DNA of 24,000 nucleotides, taken from the NCBI GenBank assembly GCA_051861205.1, contig JBHYDC010000010.1, forward strand, positions 65,979-89,978. Reading direction: 5' to 3'. The notes beneath the pieces are model-generated. The model was not told where the DNA came from. It was given only the letters and a program-made list of their open reading frames with translations, and made no database searches. A program made the translations under genes and the position numbers. Source of the stretch: Oharaeibacter sp. GTDB taxonomy: Bacteria; Pseudomonadota; Alphaproteobacteria; Rhizobiales; Pleomorphomonadaceae. Below, piece by piece: positions 9,121 to 18,778 of the stretch. Numbering within the stretch: position 1 is the stretch's first letter; every line of letters starts with the position of its first letter.

Positions 9121-10564
9121 TCGCAAGCAGCCGCTCGCAGTCGACGTGCCGCTCCAGGTGATCCGCGAGCCGGTCCAGCACCGCATCGATCCGCGCCTCG
9201 TAGGTGAGATCGCTCGTCTCCGCGCCGATCCAACCGAGAAACCGCCGCCGCGCCGGTTCGCCCGCGAACAGCCCGTGGCAATAGGTGCCCACCACCCGCC
9301 CGTCTGGCGAAACCGCCCCTTCATCCACGCCCGCGATCCGCGCGAACGGCCGCGCCCGATCCGGTCCACCGGTCACGCCCACATGCATCTCGTATCCCAC
9401 GATCGGAACCCCGTCCGGCACCGTCTCGCCGGTCACCGCCGAAAGCTGCTTGCTCCCCGTCAGCACGGTCTGGACGCCAAGAAGCCCGAGCCCGGCCACC
9501 TCCCGCACCGGCCCCTCGATCCCATCGGGATCGGCAATCGCGGTTCCCAACATCTGATACCCGCCGCAAAGCCCCATCACCTTGCCGCCTTGGCGCCAAT
9601 GCGCGCGGATATCGATGTCCCATCCCTCCGCCCGCAGCGCCAGCAAGTCGTCGATCGTGGATTTCGATCCCGGCAGCACGATCACATCCGCCGGCGGCAG
9701 CGGCCGGCCGGGCAGGGCGAGCGTCACCGTCACGCCCGGTTCCTGCCGCAGCGGATCGAGATCGTCAAAATTCGCGATTCTCAGCAGCACCGGCACCACA
9801 ATACGCCGTCCGCCTTGCCCGTGATCCGCCCGCGTGCGCAATCCAAGCGCATCCTCTGCCGGCAGCAGCGCCGCCTCTGCGAAATGCGGCACCACGCCCA
9901 GCGACGCCCAGCCCGTGCGCTCCGCAATCACCGCGAGGCCGCCCGCGAACAGCGTCACATCGCCCCGGAACCGGTTCACCAGAAACGCCCGGATCATCGC
10001 CGCGTCGGCCGGGTCGATCACCGCATGCGTTCCCACCAGACTGGCGATCACGCCGCCCCGGTCAATGTCGCCCACCAGCACCACCGGCGTATCGGTCGCC
10101 CGCGCAAACCCCATGTTGGCGATATCGCCCGCCCGCAAATTCACTTCGGCCGGCGACCCCGCGCCCTCCACGATCACAAGATCCGCCTCGGCGGAAAGGC
10201 GCCTGAAGCTATCCAGCACCGCCGCCATCAGCCGGGGTTTCCATGCCTGATACTCCCGCGCCTTGGCCGTCCCGATCATCCGCCCCTGAACCACCACCTG
10301 ACTGCCGATGTCCGATTGCGGCTTCAAAAGCACCGGGTTCATGTGAACCGAGGTCGCCACGCCTGCCGCGCGCGCCTGAAGTGCCTGCGCCCGTCCTATC
10401 TCGCCGCCGTCGGCCGTGGCGGCGGCGTTGTTCGACATGTTCTGCGGTTTGAACGGCCGCACGGCCATCCCGCGCCGGGCGAACAGGCGGCAGAACCCCG
10501 CCACCAGCAGCGATTTGCCAACGTCCGAGCCCGTGCCCTGGATCATCACCCGCCGCGTCATCAA
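9104..10564 (-). CDS. cobQ: Cobyric acid synthase
   Basis: '[44 protein letters not shown]', GATase '[10 protein letters not shown]', 'YEMHVGVT', 'GTYCHGLF'. Confidence 0.97.
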   Translation of the reverse strand: MMTRRVMIQGTGSDVGKSLLVAGFCRLFARRGMAVRPFKPQNMSNNAAATADGGEIGRAQALQARAAGVATSVHMNPVLLKPQSDIGSQVVVQGRMIGTAKAREYQAWKPRLMAAVLDSFRRLSAEADLVIVEGAGSPAEVNLRAGDIANMGFARATDTPVVLVGDIDRGGVIASLVGTHAVIDPADAAMIRAFLVNRFRGDVTLFAGGLAVIAERTGWASLGVVPHFAEAALLPAEDALGLRTRADHGQGGRRIVVPVLLRIANFDDLDPLRQEPGVTVTLALPGRPLPPADVIVLPGSKSTIDDLLALRAEGWDIDIRAHWRQGGKVMGLCGGYQMLGTAIADPDGIEGPVREVAGLGLLGVQTVLTGSKQLSAVTGETVPDGVPIVGYEMHVGVTGGPDRARPFARIAGVDEGAVSPDGRVVGTYCHGLFAGEPARRRFLGWIGAETSDLTYEARIDAVLDRLADHLERHVDCERLLAISEGR

Positions 10565-11169
10565 AACTCGATCCCGGCCTGCGCCTTCACCCCCGCCGCG
10601 AAGTGGTGCTTCACCAGCGTCATCTCCGTCACAAGATCCGCCGCTTCGATCATCGCCGGCTTGGCGTTCCGCCCGGTTACGACGACATGCAGATCCGCCC
10701 GCCGCGCCCGCAGCACGTCCACCACCGCGTCCAGCAGCAAATGCTCGTAGCGCAGCGCGATGTTGAGTTCATCCAGCACAAGGAGCCGGATCTGCGGATC
10801 CGCCATCAAAGCGAGCGCCTCGCCCCACGCGCGTTCCGCCGCCGCCACATCCCGCGCGCGGTCCTGCGTTTCCCAGGTGAACCCTTCGCCGAGCGTGTGC
10901 CACGACACACCGCCCAGTTTCTCCAGCACGCGCCGCTCACCGGTTTCCCACGCGCCCTTGCCGAACTGCACCACGCCCACCTTCCAGCCATGCCCAAGCG
11001 CCCGCACCGCCAGCCCGAAGGCGGCCGTGGATTTGCCCTTGCCCGGCCCGGTGTGAACGATCAGCAGCCCCTTTTCGGCCACCGTCTTCCCCGCGACCTC
11101 GGCATCCTGCACGGCCTTGCGCTTGACCATCTTGGCCCGGTGGCGTTCAGCCTCTGGATCGTCGGTCAT
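10561..11169 (-). CDS. cobO: Cob(I)yrinic acid a,c-diamide adenosyltransferase
   Basis: '[39 protein letters not shown]', '[10 protein letters not shown]', '[41 protein letters not shown]'; 4-nt overlap with cobQ. Confidence 0.97.
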   Translation of the reverse strand: MTDDPEAERHRAKMVKRKAVQDAEVAGKTVAEKGLLIVHTGPGKGKSTAAFGLAVRALGHGWKVGVVQFGKGAWETGERRVLEKLGGVSWHTLGEGFTWETQDRARDVAAAERAWGEALALMADPQIRLLVLDELNIALRYEHLLLDAVVDVLRARRADLHVVVTGRNAKPAMIEAADLVTEMTLVKHHFAAGVKAQAGIEF

Positions 11170-11207
11170 GTCTGAACTCTCCGATTATCTTGCGCGCAAT
11201 CGCGCGG

Positions 11208-12197
11208 TCACATCCGCCAGACCACCGCACCGCCCGTCAGCCCCGCGCCGGCAGCGGCCAAAAGCAGCGTCTCGCCCGCCGCGAACGGCCGCTCGTCCCC
11301 TGCGATCGACAGCGAAAGCGGGATCGTCGCCGCCGACGAATTCCCATATTCCGCGATGCTGCGCACGACGGTTTCCTCGCCAACGCCCACCGTGCGCCCC
11401 ACAAGGTCGAAGATCCGCGCGTTGGCCTGATGGGGCACGAAGCGCGTCACCGCGTCGGCGGAAAGCCCCGCCGCCGCCAGCGCCCGCCGCGAGCAATCCG
11501 TCATCAGCCGCACCGCCTCGGCGAAAAGGGCCCGCCCGTCCGAAACGGTCATCAGCGTATCCTCGATCGCCATCTCCGCCGAAAATGGCCGCGAACTCCC
11601 GCCGCCCGGCACCGTTACGAGCCCGTATCCCGCCCCGTCGGAGGCCAGATCCAGCCCCACAAGCCCCTGGCCCGCATCCTCGCTCGGCCCCACCACCACG
11701 GCTCCGGCCGCATCGGCGAACAGCACCGCGCTCGCGCGTTCAGCCATATTGATGCGCCGGCTAAGTATGTTCGCCGCCACCACCAAAACCGGCCGCCCGT
11801 GCGCCCGCACCTGCGCATCCGCCAGCGTCAGCGCATAGATGAAGCCCGCGCACGCCCCCGCCAGATCCACCGCGCCCGATCGCGTCAGCCCCAGCCGGTG
11901 CGCCACCAGCGGCGCCGACGGCGGCAGCAGATGATCCGGGGTCGACGTCGCAAGCAGCGTCAGCCCGATATCCGCCCGCTCCACCCCGGCCCTCGCCAGC
12001 GCCATCTCGCCCGCCGCCACCGCAAGGCCGGACAGCGTATCGCCCGCCTCCGCCCAGCGCCGCGCGCGGATCCCCGTCCGCCGTTCGATCCAGCCGGCTT
12101 CGATCCCGATCAGCTCCTCAAGCTCGGCATTCTCCACCCGCCGCGCCGGGGCGTGGTGCCCGAAACCCAGGATACGCGTGCCTGCGGCGCGTTTCAT
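11208..12197 (-). CDS. bioZ: Beta-ketoacyl-ACP synthase III-like protein, BioZ
   Basis: KAS III triad Cys 'DLAGACAGF', His 'PHQANARI', Asn '[11 protein letters not shown]'; 4-nt overlap with bioA in a bioBFDAZ order. Confidence 0.9.
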   Translation of the reverse strand: MKRAAGTRILGFGHHAPARRVENAELEELIGIEAGWIERRTGIRARRWAEAGDTLSGLAVAAGEMALARAGVERADIGLTLLATSTPDHLLPPSAPLVAHRLGLTRSGAVDLAGACAGFIYALTLADAQVRAHGRPVLVVAANILSRRINMAERASAVLFADAAGAVVVGPSEDAGQGLVGLDLASDGAGYGLVTVPGGGSSRPFSAEMAIEDTLMTVSDGRALFAEAVRLMTDCSRRALAAAGLSADAVTRFVPHQANARIFDLVGRTVGVGEETVVRSIAEYGNSSAATIPLSLSIAGDERPFAAGETLLLAAAGAGLTGGAVVWRM

Positions 12198-13459
12198 CGC
12201 AGTCCCCGCATGTGGTTCGGCGCGTCCAAAATGGCGTCATAGAGCCGGTCAAGCTCCCCCGCCGTCACGCAATAGGGCGGCATCAGATAGATGATGTTGC
12301 CGAGCGGGCGCACCAGCAAGTCACGCGCCAGGAAATACTGCCGAAACTCCGGCCCCACCTCCGCCAGATACCCGGCTCCCTCCACCTTCAAATCCACCGC
12401 CGCGATCGTACCTGTCACGCGCGCATTCTCGAACCGGTCGTCGCCCTCGAAGCGGCGGATACGCTCGGCTTGCATCGCGCTCAATGCCGCCACCCGGTCC
12501 GCAACCGGCTCGCTGGTCCAAACCCCGATATTCGCCAGCGCCGCCGCGCAGGCAATCGGGTTCGCCGTATAGGACGACGAGTGGAAAAACGTCTTCGACC
12601 GGTCCGCCGAATAATGGGCATCAAACACCTCCGCCGTCGCCAGCGTCGCCGCCAGCGGTATAGCCCCGCCGGTTAAACCCTTGGACGTGCAAAGAATATC
12701 CGGCGTAATTCCCGCCTGCTCGCAGGCAAACAGCGTGCCCGTCCGCCCCCAGCCGCTCATCACCTCGTCGGCCACAAGCAGCGTTCCCGTGGCCTGCGCG
12801 ATGCGCTTCAGCTCGGTCAGCACCCACGGCGCATACATCCGCATCCCGCCCGCGCCCAGCACCAGCGGCTCTACGATCAGCGCCGCCACCTCGCCGGTTC
12901 GGGCAACCGCCTCGAACGCATCCAGCGTCGCCTGCTCGCGGCCCGCCACGGGGAACGGTATCCGGTCCACCGCGAACAGCAGCGGCTCATAGGCGGCGTT
13001 GAACACCCCCCGCTCGCCCACGCTCATCGTGCCGATGGTGTCGCCGTGGTAGCTGTCCTCCATCACCACGATGCGATGCCGCTTCTCGCCCCGGTTGCGG
13101 AAAACGCCAAGCGCCATCTTCATCGCCACCTCCACGGCCGTGGACCCGCTGTCGGAATAGAACACATGGTCCAGCCCGCGCGGCGCCAGCGCCACCAGCG
13201 CCCGCGCCAGATCCTCCGCCGGCTCATGCGTCAGCCCCGCGAAGATGATCTGATCCAGCCGCTCGCTCGTCTCCCGGATCGCGGCCATGATCGGCGGGTA
13301 GCGGTGGCCGTGCGTAATCACCCACCACGATGAGATGGCGTCGATCACCCGCCGCCCGTCCGCCGTTTCGAGATAGGCCCCCTCCGTCCGCGCGATCTTG
13401 AGCAGCGGCGGCTCCACCGCATGCTGCGTGAAGGGATGCCAGACGGGCGACCGGGTCAT
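12194..13459 (-). CDS. bioA: Adenosylmethionine-8-amino-7-oxononanoate aminotransferase
   Basis: 'VWHPFTQ', '[16 protein letters not shown]', '[18 protein letters not shown]', '[16 protein letters not shown]'. Confidence 0.97.
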   Translation of the reverse strand: MTRSPVWHPFTQHAVEPPLLKIARTEGAYLETADGRRVIDAISSWWVITHGHRYPPIMAAIRETSERLDQIIFAGLTHEPAEDLARALVALAPRGLDHVFYSDSGSTAVEVAMKMALGVFRNRGEKRHRIVVMEDSYHGDTIGTMSVGERGVFNAAYEPLLFAVDRIPFPVAGREQATLDAFEAVARTGEVAALIVEPLVLGAGGMRMYAPWVLTELKRIAQATGTLLVADEVMSGWGRTGTLFACEQAGITPDILCTSKGLTGGAIPLAATLATAEVFDAHYSADRSKTFFHSSSYTANPIACAAALANIGVWTSEPVADRVAALSAMQAERIRRFEGDDRFENARVTGTIAAVDLKVEGAGYLAEVGPEFRQYFLARDLLVRPLGNIIYLMPPYCVTAGELDRLYDAILDAPNHMRGLR

Positions 13460-14079
13460 ACCGTGAAATCCGCAAGGTTGAAATTCACAGCGAAGGCCGC
13501 CGCCAGCGTCTCGCCAGTCAGCGGACCCAGATGCGGCAACCGTCCCAGCACGCGAACGCCGGAAAAATCGCCGATCGTGCGCTGACTATCCGCCTTTTCC
13601 TCACCCACGAAGGCAATCCCCAGAATTGGCACGCCCCGCGCCTTCAGGGCCTCCACGGACAGCAACGTGTGGTTGATTGTGCCCAGCGCCGTCCGCGCGC
13701 ACAGCACCACCGGCAACCGCCATCCGGCGAACACGTCGATCGTCAAAAGCGCCCGCGTGACCGGCACCATCAACCCGCCGGCGCCCTCAATCACCAGCGG
13801 CCCGGCCAAATCCGGCGGAGTCAGCCGCGCCGGATCGATCGTGACTCCGTCGATCTCGGCGGCATAATGGGGCGAAACCGGCGTCACCAGCTTATACGCC
13901 TCCGGCAAAACCGGCCGGCCCGTCAGCCGGGACACGGTCTGGCTGTCGGTCTCGTCCTCCAGCCCCGACTGTATCGGTTTCCAATAGGTCGCGCCCAGCG
14001 CGGCGGTCAGGCCAGCGGCAAACACCGTCTTACCGATCCCGGTGTCGGTGCCAGTCACGATAAAGCGGGGAGGGGACAT
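13456..14079 (-). CDS. bioD: Dethiobiotin synthase
   Basis: '[19 protein letters not shown]', '[15 protein letters not shown]', '[12 protein letters not shown]'; 4-nt overlap with bioA. Confidence 0.96.
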   Translation of the reverse strand: MSPPRFIVTGTDTGIGKTVFAAGLTAALGATYWKPIQSGLEDETDSQTVSRLTGRPVLPEAYKLVTPVSPHYAAEIDGVTIDPARLTPPDLAGPLVIEGAGGLMVPVTRALLTIDVFAGWRLPVVLCARTALGTINHTLLSVEALKARGVPILGIAFVGEEKADSQRTIGDFSGVRVLGRLPHLGPLTGETLAAAFAVNFNLADFTV

Positions 14080-14184
14080 CTCTGCATCCGGCCAGTTTAG
14101 TTTTCATGAGGTCGAGTGTGACGGGACTTGGCAGGTCCAACGCCTCAAGACAAGCCCTTAGGCGCAGCGCTCGTCGCACGGGCA

Positions 14185-14211
14185 GGGGGTTCGAATCCCT
14201 CCGTAACTCCA
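14185..14211 (+). other. tRNA-like 3' fragment (T arm GGGGG-TTCGAAT-CCCTC followed by CGTAACTCCA)
   Basis: Canonical TTCGAAT loop and 5-bp stem (one G-U); antisense frames give the 'GFEPP' and 'RRDSNPLPV' peptides commonly seen antisense to tRNA 3' ends; no matching 5' acceptor strand (GGAGTTAC) seen upstream. Confidence 0.5.
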
Positions 14212-14212
14212 A

Positions 14213-15355
14213 TCAAACCCGTTCGTCCGCCATAGCCTCCGCCACGCAGTCCAAGAGCCCGGCCACCACCTGCGCATCCACATTCAGCGTCAGCGAAATT
14301 CGTAGCCGTGCGGTTCCCTCCGGAACGGTTGGCGGGCGAATGGCCCGGCAGTCGTAACCAGCCGCCTGAACCTGCGCCGCGACGGCCGTCGCGCGTGCGT
14401 TGGAGCCAAGGATCACCGGCTGGATCTGCGTATCCGACGACGGCAGCCCCAGCCCCGCCAGCCGCGCCTGCGCGCCTGCGATCAGCCCCGCCAGCGCCTC
14501 GCGCCGCCAAGGCTCGTCCGCCAGCACCCTTAGCGATTCCCGCACTGCCGCTGCCATCAAAGGGGAGGGCGCGGTGGCATAGATGAAGGGCCGTGCCCGG
14601 TTGATCAGGAAATCCACGATCGGCCCGGCAGCCGTCACCAGCGCGCCGGATGCGCCCAGCGCCTTGCCGCAGGTGTGCAGGGCGATCAGCGCCTCGCGCC
14701 CCTCAAACGCTGCTGTCAACCCGCGTCCGGACGGCCCGAAAATCCCCGTCGCATGCGCTTCGTCGACCATAAGAAACCCGTCGTGACGCTCCGCGATCGC
14801 GATCAGGTCCGCCACCGGCGCGCGGTCGCCGTCCATCGAATATACGCTTTCAACCGCGATATAGGGCGTGCCCGCGCCGCCCGCCGCCCGCCACCGCGCG
14901 ATCGCGTCGTCAAACGCCCCCGCATCGTTGTGCGGCACCGAAACCGTGTCCGCCTTCGAAAGCCGCATCCCCTCGTGCGCGCTCGCGTGGATTAGCTCGT
15001 CATGAACGATGAGATCGCCCCGCTGCGGCAGCGCTGACAGCAGCGCCACATTCGCCGCATAGCCGGAGCCGAGATAAAGCGCCCGCTCGCTTCCGAAAAA
15101 CGCAGCGGCTTCCGCCTCCAGCGCCTCGTGTTCAGGGTGGTTGCCGCGCAGAAGCCGCGATCCCGCCGCCCCCACCGGCACCCCGCGCGCCAGCGCCTCC
15201 GTCACCGCGCCCGCCAATCGCGGCGAGCCGGCAAGGCCGAGATAATCGTTGGACGCGAAATCATGGCCGGTGCGCGGTTCCAGTCGGCGGGTGCGGCTCT
15301 TGCGGGCAAGGCCGCCCAGCGTCGTCCGGAATCGCTCCAGCCGCCCGGTCGTCAT
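14213..15355 (-). CDS. bioF: 8-amino-7-oxononanoate synthase
   Basis: '[19 protein letters not shown]', '[26 protein letters not shown]', '[16 protein letters not shown]', '[18 protein letters not shown]'; start ATG at 15355. Confidence 0.96.
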   Translation of the reverse strand: MTTGRLERFRTTLGGLARKSRTRRLEPRTGHDFASNDYLGLAGSPRLAGAVTEALARGVPVGAAGSRLLRGNHPEHEALEAEAAAFFGSERALYLGSGYAANVALLSALPQRGDLIVHDELIHASAHEGMRLSKADTVSVPHNDAGAFDDAIARWRAAGGAGTPYIAVESVYSMDGDRAPVADLIAIAERHDGFLMVDEAHATGIFGPSGRGLTAAFEGREALIALHTCGKALGASGALVTAAGPIVDFLINRARPFIYATAPSPLMAAAVRESLRVLADEPWRREALAGLIAGAQARLAGLGLPSSDTQIQPVILGSNARATAVAAQVQAAGYDCRAIRPPTVPEGTARLRISLTLNVDAQVVAGLLDCVAEAMADERV

Positions 15356-16347
15356 GGAGAGGCGTCCAGCTCCATCGCCGCTATGCCCAGCCGCCGGAAC
15401 AGCGCCGCGTCGTGGTCCTCGCCGGGGTTGTCCGCCGTCAGCAGCGTTTCGCCCGTGAAGATCGAGTTGGCGCCGGCGAAGAAGCACAGCGCCTGCATCT
15501 CGTCCGACATTTCCGTCCGCCCCGCCGACAGCCGCACATGCGAAAGCGGCATCATCACCCGCGCCAGCGCGATCGTGCGCACGAAGTCGATCGGGTCGAT
15601 CCGATCGGCCGTTTCAAGCTGCGTGCCGGGAATGGCGATCAGCATGTTGATCGGCACGCTTTCCGGGTGCTCGGCAAGGTTGGCCAGCGTTACCAGCATG
15701 TCGATCCGGTCATCCTCGCCTTCGCCCATGCCCACGATGCCGCCCGCGCACACCTTGATGCCGGCTTCACGCACGGTCGCCAGCGTATCCAGCCGGTCCG
15801 CGAAGGTGCGCGTGGTTATGATCTCGCTGTAATAGCGCTCGGACGTGTCGATGTTGTGGTTGTAGTAGTCCAGCCCCGCATGCTTCAGCCGCCCGGCCTG
15901 ATCGGGCGACAGCATGCCCAGCGTCATGCAGGTTTCCATGCCAAGCGCCTTCACGCCCTCGACCATGGCTACCACCATGTCCATGTCGCGCTCTTTGGGG
16001 CTGCGCCACGCCGCGCCCATGCAATAGCGGGTCGCGCCTCCGGCCTTGGCCTTGCGCGCTTCCTCCAAAACCCGCTCAACTTCCATCAGCTTGGAGGCTT
16101 TCAGCCCTGTCGGCGCATGGGCGGACTGGCTGCAATAGCCGCAGTCCTCCGGGCACCCGCCCGTCTTGATCGAAAGCAGCCGGCTCATCTGCACGCGATT
16201 GGGGTCGAAGTGCTTGCGGTGCACGCTCTGCGCCTCGAACAGCAGGTCGTTGAACGGCAAGCTATAAAGCGCCCGCGCCTCCGCTCTCGTCCAGTCGTGG
16301 CGGATTTCGAGGGGCGTGCCGGTGGCGTTGCCGGTGTTCGCGTTCAT
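15352..16347 (-). CDS. bioB: Biotin synthase (radical SAM)
   Basis: '[21 protein letters not shown]' cluster motif, '[16 protein letters not shown]', '[10 protein letters not shown]'; start at [18 protein letters not shown] chosen within a longer ORF. Confidence 0.97.
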   Translation of the reverse strand: MNANTGNATGTPLEIRHDWTRAEARALYSLPFNDLLFEAQSVHRKHFDPNRVQMSRLLSIKTGGCPEDCGYCSQSAHAPTGLKASKLMEVERVLEEARKAKAGGATRYCMGAAWRSPKERDMDMVVAMVEGVKALGMETCMTLGMLSPDQAGRLKHAGLDYYNHNIDTSERYYSEIITTRTFADRLDTLATVREAGIKVCAGGIVGMGEGEDDRIDMLVTLANLAEHPESVPINMLIAIPGTQLETADRIDPIDFVRTIALARVMMPLSHVRLSAGRTEMSDEMQALCFFAGANSIFTGETLLTADNPGEDHDAALFRRLGIAAMELDASP

Positions 16348-16628
16348 CGCATAGGTCCCAACGTAACAAATCGTTCTGCGAGAGATACAAGATGCCGCGC
16401 GCGGGGGGAATGCGTCCCTTCGTTTTTTGCAGCCCGAATGCACCGATCGGCCGTTCGGATTGGAAACAATTCAGCCCGTTGAGGTGTTCTCGCCGGAAAG
16501 CCAGCGAAGAACGATCGGTTTTTTGCCTCGGACGTCCACTTTCTGGAATTTCGTGCGCCGACTTCCCGGCATCGGTGCTCTTCAATGCGATAGACCGTTT
16601 CGCTTTCCGTTGAAAAAAGGATCCCACC

Positions 16629-17537
16629 ATGCGTTTCCCGGCAATCCTTGGCGCCGCTCTCGCCGCCACCCTCACAATCGGCGCAGCCCAAGCCGAGGCC
16701 GTCGTCGTCTCCTCCAAGATCGACACCGAAGGCGGCGTGCTCGGCAACATCATCCTCGCCGCGCTGTCGGCCAAGGGGGTTGCGGTGGAGGATCGGGTAC
16801 AACTCGGCGGCACCCCCGTCGTGCGCAAGGCGATCACCGGCGGCGAGATCGACATCTACCCCGAATACACCGGCAACGCCGCCTTCTTCTTCAACAAGGC
16901 CGACGATCCGATCTGGAAGGATGCCGCCAAGGCCTATGAGGAAGCCAAGAAGCTCGACTATGACGCTAACAAGATCGTCTGGCTCACGCCATCGCCCGCC
17001 AACAACACCTGGGCCATCGCGATCCGCAAGGAAGTCGCCGAGGCCAACAAGCTGAGCACGCTCACCGAATTCGGCGCCTGGGTCGCGGGCGGCGGTGAGG
17101 TGGTCCTCGCCGGTTCGGCCGAGTTCGTGAATTCCCCCGCCGCACTGCCCTCGTTCCAGTCCACCTACGGCTTCACGCTGAAGCCCGAGCAGCTCATCGT
17201 CCTCTCCGGCGGCGACACCGCAGCCACCATCAAGGCCGCCACCGACCAAACCAACGGCGCCAACGCCGCCATGGTCTACGGCACCGACGGCGGCATCGCC
17301 CCCTCCGGCCTCGTCGTCCTCACCGACGACAAAGGCGTCCAGCCGGTCTATCAGGCTACCCCTATCATCCGCGAGGAGGTGCTGAAGGCAAACCCTGAGA
17401 TCGCCGACATTCTCAAGCCCATCTTCGAGGCGCTCGACCTCGTGACGCTGCAGGAACTCAACGGCCGCGTGCAAGTGGGCGGCGAACCCGCGAAGGCGGT
17501 CGCGGAAGAGTATCTCAGGGGCAAGGGGTTCATCTGA
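16629..17537 (+). CDS. Glycine betaine/choline-type ABC transporter substrate-binding protein (ProX/OsmF/YehZ family)
   Basis: Signal peptide; 'VVSSKIDTEGGVLGNIILAALSAKG', 'ITGGEIDIYPEYTGNAAFFFN', 'GGDTAATIKAA', 'VLKANPEIADILKPIFEAL'. Confidence 0.88.
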   Translation: MRFPAILGAALAATLTIGAAQAEAVVVSSKIDTEGGVLGNIILAALSAKGVAVEDRVQLGGTPVVRKAITGGEIDIYPEYTGNAAFFFNKADDPIWKDAAKAYEEAKKLDYDANKIVWLTPSPANNTWAIAIRKEVAEANKLSTLTEFGAWVAGGGEVVLAGSAEFVNSPAALPSFQSTYGFTLKPEQLIVLSGGDTAATIKAATDQTNGANAAMVYGTDGGIAPSGLVVLTDDKGVQPVYQATPIIREEVLKANPEIADILKPIFEALDLVTLQELNGRVQVGGEPAKAVAEEYLRGKGFI

Positions 17538-17570
17538 TCCGCACCAGCCGCCAAGTAACCCGCGTGCCTT

Positions 17571-17722
17571 CCCTTCTCCCCTTGTGGGAGAAGGTGCCGC
17601 GCGAGCGGCGGATGAGGGGTGGGTGGGGACGGGTGGGACGGATAAGGAGTGGCTCTGGAAGGAGCGGAGAGACACCTCCACCGTCGCTGCCGCGACACTT
17701 TCTCCCGAAAGGGGAGAAGGAG
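17571..17722. repeat. Pair of REP-like palindromic elements in inverted orientation (BIME-like)
   Basis: Copy 1 ccttctccccttgtgggagaaggtgccgcgcgagcggcggatgagggg (hairpin 17573-17593); reverse complement of copy 2 reads ccttctcccctttcgggagaaagtgtcgcggcagcgacggtggagg (hairpin 17700-17718). Confidence 0.8.
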
Positions 17723-17849
17723 GAACGTGGCGCACCGCCCAAGCCCGCCCCGTCTACCCATCCCCCTTCAACTTTCCCCTCCCGCTTTGCCCCAATCGGC
17801 GCTAAGGTCCGGCCGGATCGATAAGATCGACAAGAATTGGGGGGATCAC

Positions 17850-18773
17850 ATGGGTATGCGTTTGGGTCTCTTGGCCGCTGTGGCCATGGTTGCGTTCGGG
17901 TCTGCGGCGCAGGCGGCGGGTGAGCGGGTTGCGGTTGTCACGCCGTATCTTTCGGCCGTCGCCACCAAGCAGATGGTCGATGCGTTCCAGGCCGAAGCCG
18001 CGACTGCCGGTTGGACCGTGGACGTGGTGGACACCGCCGGCGACATGGGCGCCTTCGCCAGCCGCATCGAGGACGTGACCAGCTCCGGCGTCAACGCCAT
18101 CGTGCTCGTGTCGGTGGACCCGGCGCAGGTTCAGGGTCAGGTCGACAAGGCCAAGGCCGCGAACATCCCCGTCATCACCATCGACGGCGCCAAGAACGCC
18201 TCGACCGCGCTCAACGTCACCTCCGACAACTACGTCCTCGGCAAAACCATGTCGGAGTTCCTCCTGAAATCGATCGGCGGCAAGGGCGAGGTCGCGCGCC
18301 TGTTCCATTCGGCTCACCCCGGCGTGCGCCAGCGCGAGATCGCTTTTGACGACGTGCTGAAGGCAAACCCGGACGTGAAGCAGATCGGCGAACATTTCGT
18401 TCAGGTCCCGGGCCAGATCGAAGACGCGCAGAAGGCAATCGATTCCATCCTCCTCGCCAACCCGGGTGACGGCGCGATCGATGCGGTCTGGGCTGCCTGG
18501 GACGAGCCAGGCATCGGCGCCAACCTCGCTATCGAAGCAGCCGGCCGCAAGGGCATCGTGATCGCCGGCATCGACGGCAATCCCCAGGCGATCGAGCTGA
18601 TCAAGGGCTGCACGTCCTACATCGGCACCGTTCGCCAGGGCTTTGGCGACATGTCCAAAATCGCGGCCAAGGAACTCGGCGCGGTTCTCGCCGGCGGCGC
18701 CCCGTCGGCCACCGAACTCTATGCCCCGGTGGAGCTGATCACCCGCGAAAGCCTGGGCGTCACCTGCAACTGA
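17850..18773 (+). CDS. Sugar ABC transporter substrate-binding protein (RbsB/XylF-like periplasmic binding protein)
   Basis: Signal peptide then 'VAVVTPYLSAVATKQMVDAFQAEA', 'GVNAIVLVSVDPAQVQGQVDKAKAANIPVITIDG', 'VWAAWDEPGIGANLAIEAAGRKGIVIAGIDGNPQAIELIKG'. Confidence 0.92.
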   Translation: MGMRLGLLAAVAMVAFGSAAQAAGERVAVVTPYLSAVATKQMVDAFQAEAATAGWTVDVVDTAGDMGAFASRIEDVTSSGVNAIVLVSVDPAQVQGQVDKAKAANIPVITIDGAKNASTALNVTSDNYVLGKTMSEFLLKSIGGKGEVARLFHSAHPGVRQREIAFDDVLKANPDVKQIGEHFVQVPGQIEDAQKAIDSILLANPGDGAIDAVWAAWDEPGIGANLAIEAAGRKGIVIAGIDGNPQAIELIKGCTSYIGTVRQGFGDMSKIAAKELGAVLAGGAPSATELYAPVELITRESLGVTCN

Positions 18774-18778
18774 CATCC

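Noticed and set aside
8437-9369. 310-aa ORF on - strand antisense to cobD
   Set aside because: Antisense to conserved CbiB/CobD motifs; no domain signature.
9083-10750. 555-aa ORF on + strand antisense to cobQ
   Set aside because: Arg/His/Pro-rich low-complexity translation lying opposite a well-conserved CobQ; typical GC-rich shadow ORF.
11170-11207. Cobalamin riboswitch upstream of cobO
   Set aside because: Only 38 bp between bioZ and cobO; no room for a B12 riboswitch and no B12-box seen.
11190-12242. 350-aa ORF on + strand antisense to bioZ
   Set aside because: Arg/His/Pro-rich shadow ORF; BioZ on the other strand has an intact KAS III catalytic triad.
14145-14510. ORF containing the 'GFEPPARATSAAPKGLS' peptide
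   Set aside because: A known spurious annotation pattern from reading antisense through a tRNA 3' region; used only as support for the tRNA-like fragment.
16348-16628. BioR operator (TTATMKATAA-like) upstream of bioB
   Set aside because: No matching palindrome seen by eye in the intergenic region; a motif scan would be needed to exclude a diverged site.
16344-17735. 463-aa ORF on - strand spanning bioB upstream region and ProX gene
   Set aside because: Antisense to a clear SBP, crosses the REP repeats, no recognisable domain.
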